A DNA stretch of 64,000 nt from Candidatus Uhrbacteria bacterium (lineage in GTDB: Bacteria; Patescibacteriota; Patescibacteriia; UBA9934; GWF2-40-263): the NCBI GenBank assembly GCA_016188475.1, contig JACPHT010000008.1, forward strand, positions 150,192-214,191. The letters run 5' to 3'. The position numbers were made by a program, and so were the translations under genes. The notes beneath the pieces are model-generated. The model ran no database searches and was not told where the DNA came from. It saw nothing but the letters and a program-made list of their open reading frames with translations. Position 1 is the stretch's first letter. Each line of letters opens with the position of its first letter. Shown here in pieces: positions 8,737 to 21,086 of this stretch.

Positions 8737-9086
8737 TAACAACACTTAACTGATTATGTTATTATCAAATATGTCTCTGTTCGCCGACATCCGCAGACTG
8801 CTTGCGTAACCGTTTGGTTTACAACGTCGCCTCACACAGTCGAGGAGTCGAAGAGCTGTGAGAAGCCAACTGCTTGGCTTCGAACCTCTGAGACGGGCTT
8901 TGTCCGATGTTCGACATAGTTGTCGAACAGGACAGCCCCTAAGCCGCCACCACTCACACTGGCTATCATTTTCGACACACGGCGGCGGTCAAGAACAGAG
9001 ATATATTTGATAATAACAATCTGTCCATTCTCGAAGCCCTTCAATGGGCGAACAACAAACTCAAAAAAGCTGGCATTGAGTCTCCA

Positions 9087-9932
9087 ATGCTTGATGCGGA
9101 AGTTATCCTTTCGTATATTTTGGATTTGTCACGCGCTAGATTATTTGCTCACGGAAATGACATTCTAAAACCGCATCAACAAGAACGACTGTTGTCACTC
9201 ATTGAGCGTCGGTGTTCTTTTGAACCTGTCGCATACATAATTGGAGAAAAAGAATTTTATAATAGAAAATTCTTTGTTAATTCGTTCGTTCTTATTCCTC
9301 GCCCAGCAACAGAAACGCTTGTTCAAGAAGCTTTGGATATATCTAAAAATATCAACGACATAGAACACACATTGTTTGCTGACATAGGAACTGGTTCAGG
9401 AGCAATCGCGATCACACTTACATCTGAAACAAAAATTCCAGTTGTTGCGATAGACATAAGCTCTCGCGCACTTTCTGTCGCAAGAACAAACGCAAGAAAT
9501 CATAATGTTGAAGAACTCATTGACTTTAGAGAAGGCGACCTAATGATGCCGGTTGTTGATTTATTTGAATCAATGCGAGCGTCTTCAACACAACAGGTCT
9601 CATCGGTTTTTCCGTTCAAACATCTAATAATCTGCGCAAACTTGCCTTATCTAACCAATAACCAGATGGAGATACTTCAAAAAGACGTACGTTACGAACC
9701 AAAAGACGCACTGCAAGCAGGTCCGGATGGACTTGAGGCATATTGGCGGTTGTTTAAACAAATAAAGAAAATACGTGATTTTTTACCAAGATACATTTAC
9801 ACGCTAATTGAAATTGATCCATCACAATCCACTCGCGCTGTTGAACTTATCTCACATCAATTTCCACATGCAAAAACACAAATCAAAAAAGACCTTCAAG
9901 GTCTTGATCGAATTATTATTAGCGAGATCTAA
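9087..9932 (+). CDS. prmC: release-factor glutamine N5-methyltransferase
   Basis: SAM-binding motif DIGTGSGAIAI and NLPYL (an NPPY variant); it is the conserved partner of prfA. Confidence 0.85.
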   Translation: MLDAEVILSYILDLSRARLFAHGNDILKPHQQERLLSLIERRCSFEPVAYIIGEKEFYNRKFFVNSFVLIPRPATETLVQEALDISKNINDIEHTLFADIGTGSGAIAITLTSETKIPVVAIDISSRALSVARTNARNHNVEELIDFREGDLMMPVVDLFESMRASSTQQVSSVFPFKHLIICANLPYLTNNQMEILQKDVRYEPKDALQAGPDGLEAYWRLFKQIKKIRDFLPRYIYTLIEIDPSQSTRAVELISHQFPHAKTQIKKDLQGLDRIIISEI

Positions 9933-10984
9933 TTTTCGATTTTCAAATCCGAATCATCAGCGATCACTTCTATCCATGTTACTCCGGCGTTCAATTCAAA
10001 TTCATTTCCGTCCGTACCATAGAACCTTAGCCTGTTGCTTTCCGATTCTTTTTTCCAAATTCCTTCAAACTGTTTTCCATCGCGAAACAAAAACGCCTTC
10101 CCTTCTCCTATTGTTCGAACACTTCGACGGCCTACTGAATCTAAAATTTCAACATCCGTTACAATTACGACTATGTTATCAGACGCGATTTGTGATCCAT
10201 CTTCCGTAAGATGAACCGACCCGCTTTGTGAACGCAAATACCGGAGTGTTTTTGAATCAAAAATCCATTGTGTCACATAAGAAGGCTTGTCGAACGTAAC
10301 AGATATTTTTTTTACTTCTGGATCACCAGACAAATCCGCGTCTTTGAACTTCCAAATATCGTACAATCTTTTAGGCACGACTCCTGCCTGTTCTTTTGTT
10401 CCAATATACCGCTTCAGCAACTTTGTTGACGTATAAACATTGTGTGGCGCGTAACGATTAAGCGCGCGCCAAAAATATAAATCAAACCAATACTGATTCA
10501 AATCAAAAGTCCCGCCAGAGGAAATTTGATCAAGAGCTGAATCAGAACCTCCAACATGAACATATAGCCCATCAAGTTCGTTGTTCCAATCCAAAAAATA
10601 CGGACGCGCTGAACGAACCGGACCGATCTTATCCACATCTTGATCGTCTGAATAAAACGCAAGAAAACGAGAAATTCCAGCTTCAACTGGCGCTTCAATC
10701 ACAAGAAACGCCTTATCAATACCAGCTTGCGGCCAAGCGTCAATGTGATTATCTATCATTACACCAAAAACTTGTGGCAACTCCATTTGTTCGTAGATAG
10801 GAAATCCAGTTAAAGGATGACGACCTACTGAAACTTTAGACGAGCTATTGCCAGACGGTGTTGATGATGAAACTTTTTCAACAAGCCCAGGCAAACGCGC
10901 CGCAAACAAAAACGCAATCGCGATGGCAATTGCCACGATTGCGTAATATGTTCTTGTATTCAAATTAAGCTTTAACTTTTTCAT
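9929..10984 (-). CDS. DUF3048 (YerB-like) secreted/anchored protein
   Basis: Signal/TM segment MKKLKLNLNTRTYYAIVAIAIAIAFLF followed by a DUF3048-like core; its start codon overlaps the last codons of rplY by 20 nt. Confidence 0.55.
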   Translation of the reverse strand: MKKLKLNLNTRTYYAIVAIAIAIAFLFAARLPGLVEKVSSSTPSGNSSSKVSVGRHPLTGFPIYEQMELPQVFGVMIDNHIDAWPQAGIDKAFLVIEAPVEAGISRFLAFYSDDQDVDKIGPVRSARPYFLDWNNELDGLYVHVGGSDSALDQISSGGTFDLNQYWFDLYFWRALNRYAPHNVYTSTKLLKRYIGTKEQAGVVPKRLYDIWKFKDADLSGDPEVKKISVTFDKPSYVTQWIFDSKTLRYLRSQSGSVHLTEDGSQIASDNIVVIVTDVEILDSVGRRSVRTIGEGKAFLFRDGKQFEGIWKKESESNRLRFYGTDGNEFELNAGVTWIEVIADDSDLKIEN

Positions 10985-11684
10985 TTGAAGGTTGAGCGGC
11001 CTTTCCTGCCTCTCCAACTTCTCCAGCCTCTCCAGCTTCTTCCTCTTCATCCTTCTTCTTGCCAGCCATTTCCACTGCACTGACATCGACATCAACAGCC
11101 TTGTCAAGTTCCGCCATCTCTTCCTCTGAACGAGGAGCCTCGACTCCAGCGATTGAAAGTGTTGGTTGGTCAAGGATCGTCATGCCTTCTGGAATAACTA
11201 AATCTTTAACGCGAATTGTATCTTCAAAAGTTGCCAAACCAGAAATATCAACAGCTAAACTTCGAACAAGTTTGGCAGGCAGACATCGAACAGTCACATA
11301 ATCTCGTGAAAGAACAAGTGTTCCGCCAAGAGCTTTGACAGCAGGAGATTCCCCAACAACTTCAAGATCAACATCGGCTTCAATTTCCTTGTTCATATCA
11401 ATCGATCGAAAGTCAACGTGAGTAACTTCGTTAAGAAGTGGATCGATTTGAGTGTCCTGAATCAAAACATGGAGAGGTTCGCTTTCTCCTATTGAAAGTT
11501 CAACAATCGAACTTTCTCCAGCTTGACCGTAGGTCTTCAAAAAAGCATTTCGATTGATCGTTATTGATGAAGGCTGAATGCCTGAACCGTACACGACCGC
11601 CGGAATCGCTCCAGAGGCTCGTAATTGTCGAGTCTTTCTTCCAACAAGATTTCTTTGTTGTGCTTGTAAAATATGTTCTGACAT
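10965..11684 (-). CDS. rplY: 50S ribosomal protein L25/Ctc with an acidic EAGEAGEVGEAG C-terminal tail
   Basis: MSEHILQAQQRNLVGRKTRQLRASGAIPAVVYG...; the tail is encoded by the EAGEA DNA motif. Confidence 0.8.
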   Translation of the reverse strand: MSEHILQAQQRNLVGRKTRQLRASGAIPAVVYGSGIQPSSITINRNAFLKTYGQAGESSIVELSIGESEPLHVLIQDTQIDPLLNEVTHVDFRSIDMNKEIEADVDLEVVGESPAVKALGGTLVLSRDYVTVRCLPAKLVRSLAVDISGLATFEDTIRVKDLVIPEGMTILDQPTLSIAGVEAPRSEEEMAELDKAVDVDVSAVEMAGKKKDEEEEAGEAGEVGEAGKAAQPSNEKVKA

Positions 11685-11689
11685 ATGTG

Positions 11690-12049
11690 TTATGCGCGCG
11701 CATTGTGCCTTGCCTTGCAAAAAAGGTCAAGTCCACTTATTCCGGCCTCGAGCGAGGTGTGTATTTCGATCACATCATTCACTGTCACACGACGATTTGC
11801 TCGAAATTTCAAAACATCATCAAAAACAAGATCGGTTAAAAGTCCGATTGAGCTTGCCCCAACTTTATTAATAAGAACAAGCGCAAGAACCGAGTGCTTG
11901 CATTTGCTACATTGAACATGGAGCAGACGTGTTTGATCATCTTCATTAAGAGTCTTCGTTTCAGATGGTTTGTATCGAGTTTCACAAACAGGACAAAAAG
12001 AAATGAGTCGAAGTCCTTCATTCCATTGTTCAGAAGATGTTGATGACAT
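11690..12049 (-). CDS. hypothetical zinc-ribbon protein (CPxC...CxxC)
   Basis: Cys pairs CPVC and CSKC; no further assignment. Confidence 0.35.
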   Translation of the reverse strand: MSSTSSEQWNEGLRLISFCPVCETRYKPSETKTLNEDDQTRLLHVQCSKCKHSVLALVLINKVGASSIGLLTDLVFDDVLKFRANRRVTVNDVIEIHTSLEAGISGLDLFCKARHNARA

Positions 12050-12093
12050 AGTTGTTTTACATTATCACACACGCTTCAGCTTCTTCAACCTCT

Positions 12094-13215
12094 TCAGCTT
12101 CTCTTTTCATGAATAACAATGCTCTGAACGATCCCAAGCAAGATCAAAAATAATGCCGCTGAACTTCCGCCATAACTCACAAGAGGCAAACCAATTCCAG
12201 TAACTGGAAAAAGACCAAGATTCATTCCAATGTTCACAAGTATTTGAAGAAAAAAAGTGCTTGCAATACCAATAACCAAAAAAGCGGAAAAATTATCTCT
12301 TGAAGTTCGAATAATAAAAGCAAATCTCAAAAAAAGCAAAGCAAACGCTCCTAAAACCAAAATAACTCCTAGTAAACCTAATTCTTCTGCTATAACAGCA
12401 AAAATAAAATCATTCTGACTTTCTGGAAGAAATTTCAACTGACTTTGCGATCCAAATCCAAGCCCGCGCCCGAACCAACCACCAGCTCCTATTGCAATTA
12501 TCGCTTGACTTACGTTGTATCCTTGACCAAGAGGATCAAAAGTTGGATTAAAAAAGGTTAGAATACGAGCTTTTTGATATGCGGCAAAAAGAAACTTCCA
12601 TGAAAATAGAAACAATACTGAAAAAATTCCCGTAAGCGATGCAATAAACCTAAAACGCATACCAGCAAACAATGTAAAACAAAACCATATACCTGCCAAA
12701 ATAAGCGCGGAACCAAAGTCTGGCTGGAGTAAAGTCAAAACAATTGGAACAAAAGAAATCAATGCGCTTTCCAGACATTCGCGCAAACCAAATAACGGCC
12801 GTGCCCTTTGACTAAAATAAGAAGCCAGAGAAAGAATTAAAACAAGTTTCATGTATTCGACCGGCTGAACGCTCACAAGATCAAACACAAACCAACCTCG
12901 CGCACCACGAACAGTTGTTCCAAAAAATAAAACAGCGACAAGAATCACTACTCCAAAAATATAAAGTATCAAACTGTAATTACGAAGAAGTTTGTAATTT
13001 GATGTTGCAACAAAAAATGCCAAAATTCCTGCCGCAACAATGGCAAAAAGTTGTTTCTTTATGTTAAAAAGTTCTGCGCCACGCGAAAGATCAACAGAAT
13101 AAATAGCGGCAAGGCCAAACAAAACAAAAACAAAACCCGCAAGTACAATCAACCAATCAGCGCCTCTCAATTTTCTAACTTTAAGACTTATTAGCCGAAA
13201 AATGGACGTTATCAT
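12094..13215 (-). CDS. SEDS-family cell-wall polymerase (FtsW/RodA)
   Basis: Ten-TM profile with family motifs. Confidence 0.8.
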   Translation of the reverse strand: MITSIFRLISLKVRKLRGADWLIVLAGFVFVLFGLAAIYSVDLSRGAELFNIKKQLFAIVAAGILAFFVATSNYKLLRNYSLILYIFGVVILVAVLFFGTTVRGARGWFVFDLVSVQPVEYMKLVLILSLASYFSQRARPLFGLRECLESALISFVPIVLTLLQPDFGSALILAGIWFCFTLFAGMRFRFIASLTGIFSVLFLFSWKFLFAAYQKARILTFFNPTFDPLGQGYNVSQAIIAIGAGGWFGRGLGFGSQSQLKFLPESQNDFIFAVIAEELGLLGVILVLGAFALLFLRFAFIIRTSRDNFSAFLVIGIASTFFLQILVNIGMNLGLFPVTGIGLPLVSYGGSSAALFLILLGIVQSIVIHEKRS

Positions 13216-13231
13216 AACCGGATAATCTTAC

Positions 13232-16227
<2,996 letters not shown>

Positions 16228-16231
16228 AAAG

Positions 16232-16266
16232 TTGACAATAAACAACGGCCAGTGTATTGTCTTTTC
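16232..16266 (+). promoter_or_regulatory. Putative promoter for secE-nusG-rplK (TTGACA, 17 bp spacer, TATTGT)
   Basis: Seen directly. Confidence 0.3.
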
Positions 16267-16302
16267 AGATGGCCGAACAGGCCATTTTAAAAAACCCAAA
16301 AT

Positions 16303-16503
16303 ATGAAGTCTCTAAGACTTTTCCAATATTTTAAAGAGTCAAAAGAAGAGCTCAAAAAGGTCACATGGCCTTCAAGGCAAGAAATCAACAAGTATTCATT
16401 GATTATAATTCTCCTAAGTCTTATAATAGCTGGTTTCTTCGGTGGGCTTGATTGGCTACTTAATCTTGGACTTGAAAAACTCATTGAGATTACAGCAAAA
16501 TAA
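16303..16503 (+). CDS. secE: preprotein translocase subunit SecE
   Basis: Single C-terminal TM segment; sits upstream of nusG. Confidence 0.75.
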   Translation: MKSLRLFQYFKESKEELKKVTWPSRQEINKYSLIIILLSLIIAGFFGGLDWLLNLGLEKLIEITAK

Positions 16504-16547
16504 CTCCATTGACTCCAAAACTTCATTGACTACATTGACTCTCCTCT

Positions 16548-17093
16548 ATGGCCAAACAAACCGCCAAACTAGGTCGACGTTGGTACGCTATTCATACTTA
16601 TTCCGGTTATGAAGAAAACGTCGCGGAAAATTTGAAACAGCGTATCGAAACAATGGATATGGAAGAAAAAATTTTCCATGTTCTTGTTCCAAAAGAAAAA
16701 AAAATTAAAATCAAAAACGGTAAACGCAGAACAATAGAGGAAAAGATCTTTCCAGGTTATGTTCTTGTGGAAATGGTAGTAACCGACGACTCGTGGTATG
16801 TCGTGCGTAATACTCCAAGCGTGACTGGATTTATAGGAACAGGAACAACTCCGACTCCGATCGCGCCAGAAGAAATGGAAGCTTTGCAAAAAAGAATGGG
16901 TATCGATGAACCAGAATATAAACTTGATGTTGAAAAAGGCTCGCCTGTTACAATTACAGATGGGCCGTTCAAAGGCCAGGAAGGAAAAGTCTCAGACTTG
17001 GACGAAGAACGAGGAAAAGTCAAAGTTTTGGTGTCATTGTTTGGACGTGAAACCCCTGTTGAGCTCGATTTCTTGCAAATAAAGAAGATTTAA
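16548..17093 (+). CDS. nusG: transcription antiterminator NusG
   Basis: NGN domain ([14 protein letters not shown]) plus KOW domain ([10 protein letters not shown]). Confidence 0.9.
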   Translation: MAKQTAKLGRRWYAIHTYSGYEENVAENLKQRIETMDMEEKIFHVLVPKEKKIKIKNGKRRTIEEKIFPGYVLVEMVVTDDSWYVVRNTPSVTGFIGTGTTPTPIAPEEMEALQKRMGIDEPEYKLDVEKGSPVTITDGPFKGQEGKVSDLDEERGKVKVLVSLFGRETPVELDFLQIKKI

Positions 17094-17118
17094 GTTAAGG
17101 TTACGCGCGCAAAAATAT

Positions 17119-17541
17119 ATGGCAAAAAAACTCAAAACCCAAATTAAACTCCAAATACCTGGTGGAGCAGCAACTCCTGCGCCACCAGTTGGTCCTGCGC
17201 TTGGTCAACACGGATTACCAATCGGCGAATTTGTCAAAAAATTCAATGACGCAAGCCAAGACCGACGCGGCGAGATCGTTCCGATCATCATCAATGTTTA
17301 TGACGATCGAACGTTTGACTTTATAATGAAAACCGCGCCAGCTTCTGACATGATCAAAAAAGCTGCAAAAATCCAAAAAGGTTCTGGCAAGCCTCTTACT
17401 GATAAAGTTGGTTCAATAACCAAAGCACAGCTCCGTGAGATCGCTGAAAAAAAACTTCCCGATCTCAACACAAAGGATGTTGAACAAGCAATGAAGATTG
17501 TTGCCGGAACAGCTCAACAAATGGGAGTGGAGATAAAGTAA
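17119..17541 (+). CDS. rplK: 50S ribosomal protein L11
   Basis: [19 protein letters not shown]. Confidence 0.95.
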   Translation: MAKKLKTQIKLQIPGGAATPAPPVGPALGQHGLPIGEFVKKFNDASQDRRGEIVPIIINVYDDRTFDFIMKTAPASDMIKKAAKIQKGSGKPLTDKVGSITKAQLREIAEKKLPDLNTKDVEQAMKIVAGTAQQMGVEIK

Positions 17542-17638
17542 AAAAGTTAATAATCACAACTCTTAAAGTCAGAAGTCAAAGTCTTGGAGTCACAAAATGT
17601 ATCACTCCACGACTCAATGACTATATGACTCAAAATAT

Positions 17639-18016
17639 ATGTCCACAAAAGGAGGCTCGGTCATTTTGCGAATTTATTTCGCGCTTGTATCGTTCGTGAC
17701 ACTTATGATGCTCGTTTTTTCAGTGTCAGATTTAATAAACGTTGCTCTTAAAACTTACGTGTTCAAATTTGCTGACGCGCCAGAATACCCGATGTACTGT
17801 GAACCGCAATTCATAAAAGAGAATGTCAAAGAAACGGCTGAAGAAACGGAAGCGCGTTGCGCCCGTAACAAAGAACAAGAGAAACAATCGGCGATCGTAC
17901 GCAAGCAACAGTCTCTTGTGCGTGATATCTCGATGCTGATTGTCAGCCTCCCGTTGTTCTTCATTCATTTCCGAATTGTGCTAAGAGACTGGAAAGAGAT
18001 GAAAAAAGAAGTGTAA
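17639..18016 (+). CDS. hypothetical small 2-TM membrane protein inserted between rplK and rplA
   Basis: ORF plus TM segments. Confidence 0.35.
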   Translation: MSTKGGSVILRIYFALVSFVTLMMLVFSVSDLINVALKTYVFKFADAPEYPMYCEPQFIKENVKETAEETEARCARNKEQEKQSAIVRKQQSLVRDISMLIVSLPLFFIHFRIVLRDWKEMKKEV

Positions 18017-18028
18017 AATATAGCATTG

Positions 18029-18118
18029 CCTGAGCCTGTCGAAGGCAGTAAAGATTATAGCCTGAGCCTGTCGAAGGCAGTAAAGATTATAGCCTGAGCC
18101 TGTCGAAGGCAGTAAAAA
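18029..18118. repeat. Three tandem copies of a 32-bp unit (CCTGAGCCTGTCGAAGGCAGTAAAGATTATAG); a related single copy lies at 58731-58751
   Basis: Seen directly; the copies are contiguous with no spacers. Confidence 0.7.
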
Positions 18119-18172
18119 ATACTTTAATTAAAAATAGTGGGAGTCTAAAAGACGCCAATACCACAAACTAAT

Positions 18173-18853
18173 ATGCCAAGCAAAAGATTACAGGAAGCCA
18201 GAAAGTTAGTTGATAAATCAAAAGTTTATCCTATTGACGAAGCAATTGCGCTCGTTAAAAAAACAGCGACAGCAAAATACGATGAGGCGGTTGAATTGCA
18301 CATTCATCTTGGAATTGATCCGAGCAAATCCGATCAACAAGTTCGCGGAACAATCGCGCTTCCACATGGGGTCGGTAAAACAAAACGTGTTGCCGCGTTT
18401 GTAGAACCTGCAAAAGAAGCAGAAGCAACAAAAGCTGGAGCAGATATAGTCGGCAACGAAGAGTTGATTGAAAAAATTCTGCAAAAAGGTCAAATCGATT
18501 TCGATGTCGCAGTCGCAACTCCAGCCATGATGCCTAAAATTGCAAAGCTCGCTCGTTTGCTCGGTCCGCGTGGACTAATGCCAAACCCGAAAACCGATAC
18601 TGTTGGACCAAACATCACAAAGATGATTCAAGAACAAAAAGCTGGAAAACAAAGTTTTAAAAACGACACAACCGGAAACATTCACCAAATCTTCGGACGC
18701 GCGTCATTCACCGAAGATCAACTTAAAGAAAATTTGAAAGTCTTGTTGGAAGCAATCAAACGTTTAAAACCAGTCTCCTCAAAAGGAATCTTTCTAAAAA
18801 GTTCAACCATTACATCAACAGTAGGTCCTGGAATCAAAATCGAAGTAAATTAA
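18173..18853 (+). CDS. rplA: 50S ribosomal protein L1
   Basis: Full-length L1 similarity. Confidence 0.95.
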   Translation: MPSKRLQEARKLVDKSKVYPIDEAIALVKKTATAKYDEAVELHIHLGIDPSKSDQQVRGTIALPHGVGKTKRVAAFVEPAKEAEATKAGADIVGNEELIEKILQKGQIDFDVAVATPAMMPKIAKLARLLGPRGLMPNPKTDTVGPNITKMIQEQKAGKQSFKNDTTGNIHQIFGRASFTEDQLKENLKVLLEAIKRLKPVSSKGIFLKSSTITSTVGPGIKIEVN

Positions 18854-18962
18854 GAAAACGGCCTGTTGGCCGCTTTTCTTTTTCTCTTCTTCCGTATACC
18901 CTATTTCTATCTTTCTTTATTTCCTTACCACTCACCCCCTATCTCCCTTCCATCCTTTCCAT

Positions 18963-19619
18963 ATGTCCGTTCTCACTCGACACGAAATCCTTAAAGCAAT
19001 TTCCTCTGGCGATATTCATTTCACGCCGGAGATTGATAAATTCCAACTGCAACCGCACGCGGTTGATTTGCGGCTTGGATACAAATTTTTAATTCCACGC
19101 AATTGGACAGTTGATGAAAAAGGACGTCGCGCAATCAAAGTCGCGATAGACGACGCGAGCACACATCAGGAACAGTTTGATGAGGTTCAACTTAAAGACG
19201 GACAATATTTTGATCTGCTTCCGAATGAATTTGTAATTGGAACATCACTTGAACGAATCGAAATCAACGCAATGAACCTCATGGCTGTTTTATTTCCTCG
19301 AACTTCAACAAACCGTCGTGGAATTGATCTGTCTCTTTCAGGAATAATTGATACTGGTTACAAAGGCAATCTTATTTTTCCAATGCAAAACGAGGCTGGA
19401 GATCAAGTCATTCGTATTTATCCTGGCGAACGTGTTTGCCAAGTTATTTTTCAAGAATTAAACATGTCTCTAACTCCTGAAGAAGCAAACATGCACGGGA
19501 TAACAGCTTCAAAATATACAGACTCAAATTCACAAAATTTCGTTTTGGATAAAGAAGAAGAACGTCAATTTTTAACATCAGGAAAATTGGAAGAATTGAA
19601 AAAGAAATTTGAGATATAA
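18963..19619 (+). CDS. dcd: dCTP deaminase (dUTPase superfamily), standard size
   Basis: HAVDLRLGYKF...GIIDTGYKGNLIF pattern. Confidence 0.7.
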   Translation: MSVLTRHEILKAISSGDIHFTPEIDKFQLQPHAVDLRLGYKFLIPRNWTVDEKGRRAIKVAIDDASTHQEQFDEVQLKDGQYFDLLPNEFVIGTSLERIEINAMNLMAVLFPRTSTNRRGIDLSLSGIIDTGYKGNLIFPMQNEAGDQVIRIYPGERVCQVIFQELNMSLTPEEANMHGITASKYTDSNSQNFVLDKEEERQFLTSGKLEELKKKFEI

Positions 19620-19642
19620 AAAAACGGAGCGATGAAGATTCA

Positions 19643-20098
19643 TCAAGCTCCGTAAGAACTGGTTTCAAGGTCGAGACATTCGAGTTTTTGTCTGCACAAG
19701 CCGCAAGTTTCGAGGTGCTCGAACGCGCGATCCAGAAATCCAAGATTTTCTGGATTTTCAGACATAGTGACTCTGCACTCACGTTTCTCGTCGTCAAAGA
19801 CGGCTTGAAACTGAAAGTATGGAACATACAAATGGTATGCAAGCGAACAATCCACACAAAGACGACCGTCCCAAACGATCCATTGTTTTCTGCCTTCTAT
19901 ATGATGCATATGACGTGGATCGATCGAAGCCATAATCGGCAAACGTCCTCGATCAGGAACCAACAAAGTGAAACGGATACTGTACAGTTGCGTTCGACAC
20001 TCGAAGTTGTGTATTAGGTCCAAATTCCTAGACTTGAGCCTTATCGGGCATGCCGGGACATTTTCCCAGAACCGAATGTGTTGAGTTGAAAAAGTCAT
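19643..20098 (-). CDS. hypothetical protein; third gene of a GC-rich 3-gene cassette
   Basis: ORF, co-oriented with and tightly spaced to its neighbours. Confidence 0.35.
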   Translation of the reverse strand: MTFSTQHIRFWENVPACPIRLKSRNLDLIHNFECRTQLYSIRFTLLVPDRGRLPIMASIDPRHMHHIEGRKQWIVWDGRLCVDCSLAYHLYVPYFQFQAVFDDEKRECRVTMSENPENLGFLDRAFEHLETCGLCRQKLECLDLETSSYGA

Positions 20099-20113
20099 CT
20101 ACCTTTCCTCACT

Positions 20114-20566
20114 TTACTCGTCTACTTCGACGAGCCAGCGCCAGTTGTTATTGAATCCGCCTTCTGACAAGTCAAAAAATGGAACGCAGGTCTGTCCACT
20201 GTCAGCCCGAATGCACGGAAACAGGAAATAGCTGTACTGATCCCTCCATGAATCATCAGCGATTCCGACTGTTCCACCGCCATCAGCACTCTGGAACTTT
20301 GTGATCAATACCTCACGCCATTGACCTTCTGGAATTTTGCCGTGTTCTTTTAGAATTGCTACGACCGTACTGAAATGATCGCAACATCCAATTGTAATGA
20401 GCTTGAAACGGCGCGTTTGAACGCCTTTCACGAGTTTGCCTCTGTGTCGCCATTTCTCAAACCCGACTTCCCCGCTCCTATGAACCATTTCTATCGGGTC
20501 GTTATCTGGAGCGCTTCCGTCAAGTGTAAGTTCAAAGACCTCACCAAGAGCTGGAAAACATGCCAT
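20114..20566 (-). CDS. hypothetical protein; second gene of the GC-rich cassette
   Basis: ORF. Confidence 0.35.
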   Translation of the reverse strand: MACFPALGEVFELTLDGSAPDNDPIEMVHRSGEVGFEKWRHRGKLVKGVQTRRFKLITIGCCDHFSTVVAILKEHGKIPEGQWREVLITKFQSADGGGTVGIADDSWRDQYSYFLFPCIRADSGQTCVPFFDLSEGGFNNNWRWLVEVDE

Positions 20567-20674
20567 GAGTCATTTCCCTTTAACTCACTGCTTGATTGCA
20601 GCTTTCAAAAGACGTTCTTGCCATCTTCTCAAAGCCACGATAAAACCAATAAAAGAAGCCAAAAGATTACTTGA

Positions 20675-21046
20675 TTATGACGAATCTGTCAATGTTGGCT
20701 TGACAAAAACAAGATCATCACTCGCACCAAACGTGAGGCCGGATCTGGAATCAATCCGATCAAAATTTCGAGCAACGAGTGGGCAGTAATGCTCAAATTC
20801 ACATTCGCCTTGTGGCTCGACTCCGCTGAAGGACAGAAGTACACGACGGTCGGAGATTCCAACCGACACCTCGACAATGGCCAGATCGGAACAATAAATG
20901 GCGTCCCGGTCATTGTCGTCCCAAATCTTGAGGATCGTCTGCCAACCCCACCATCTGGTGTTAGGTAGCCGTTCTTTCTCCACCCATGTCCGACTAGGGC
21001 GTGGGTGCTTTTTATTTTCGATAAAAAAACTTAATTCATATTTCAC
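20675..21046 (-). CDS. hypothetical protein; first gene of the GC-rich cassette
   Basis: ORF. Confidence 0.35.
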   Translation of the reverse strand: MKYELSFFIENKKHPRPSRTWVEKERLPNTRWWGWQTILKIWDDNDRDAIYCSDLAIVEVSVGISDRRVLLSFSGVEPQGECEFEHYCPLVARNFDRIDSRSGLTFGASDDLVFVKPTLTDSS

Positions 21047-21077
21047 TTAACTACCGATCGGGAGTTAAGTGTGATAA
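21044..21077. repeat. Palindromic element, copy A (CACTTAACT(A/C)CCGATCGGGAGTTAAGTGTGAT)
   Basis: 28-bp hairpin with one mismatch plus a TGTGAT extension. Confidence 0.7.
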
Positions 21078-21086
21078 AGTTTAATT

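Noticed and set aside
16505-16545. Triple CATTGACT motif upstream of nusG, and GACTCA repeats at 17590-17635, as a distinct regulatory system
   Set aside because: They are short and resemble -35-like hexamers. They could simply be tandem promoters, and there is too little evidence for more.
18029-18118. Possible CRISPR array (three 32-bp direct repeats)
   Set aside because: The repeats are contiguous with no spacers and no cas genes are nearby. It is a simple tandem repeat.
18963-19619. dcd as an anti-phage dCTP-deaminase defence gene
   Set aside because: It is the standard ~220-aa size with no extra N-terminal kinase-like domain. Housekeeping dcd is the simpler reading.
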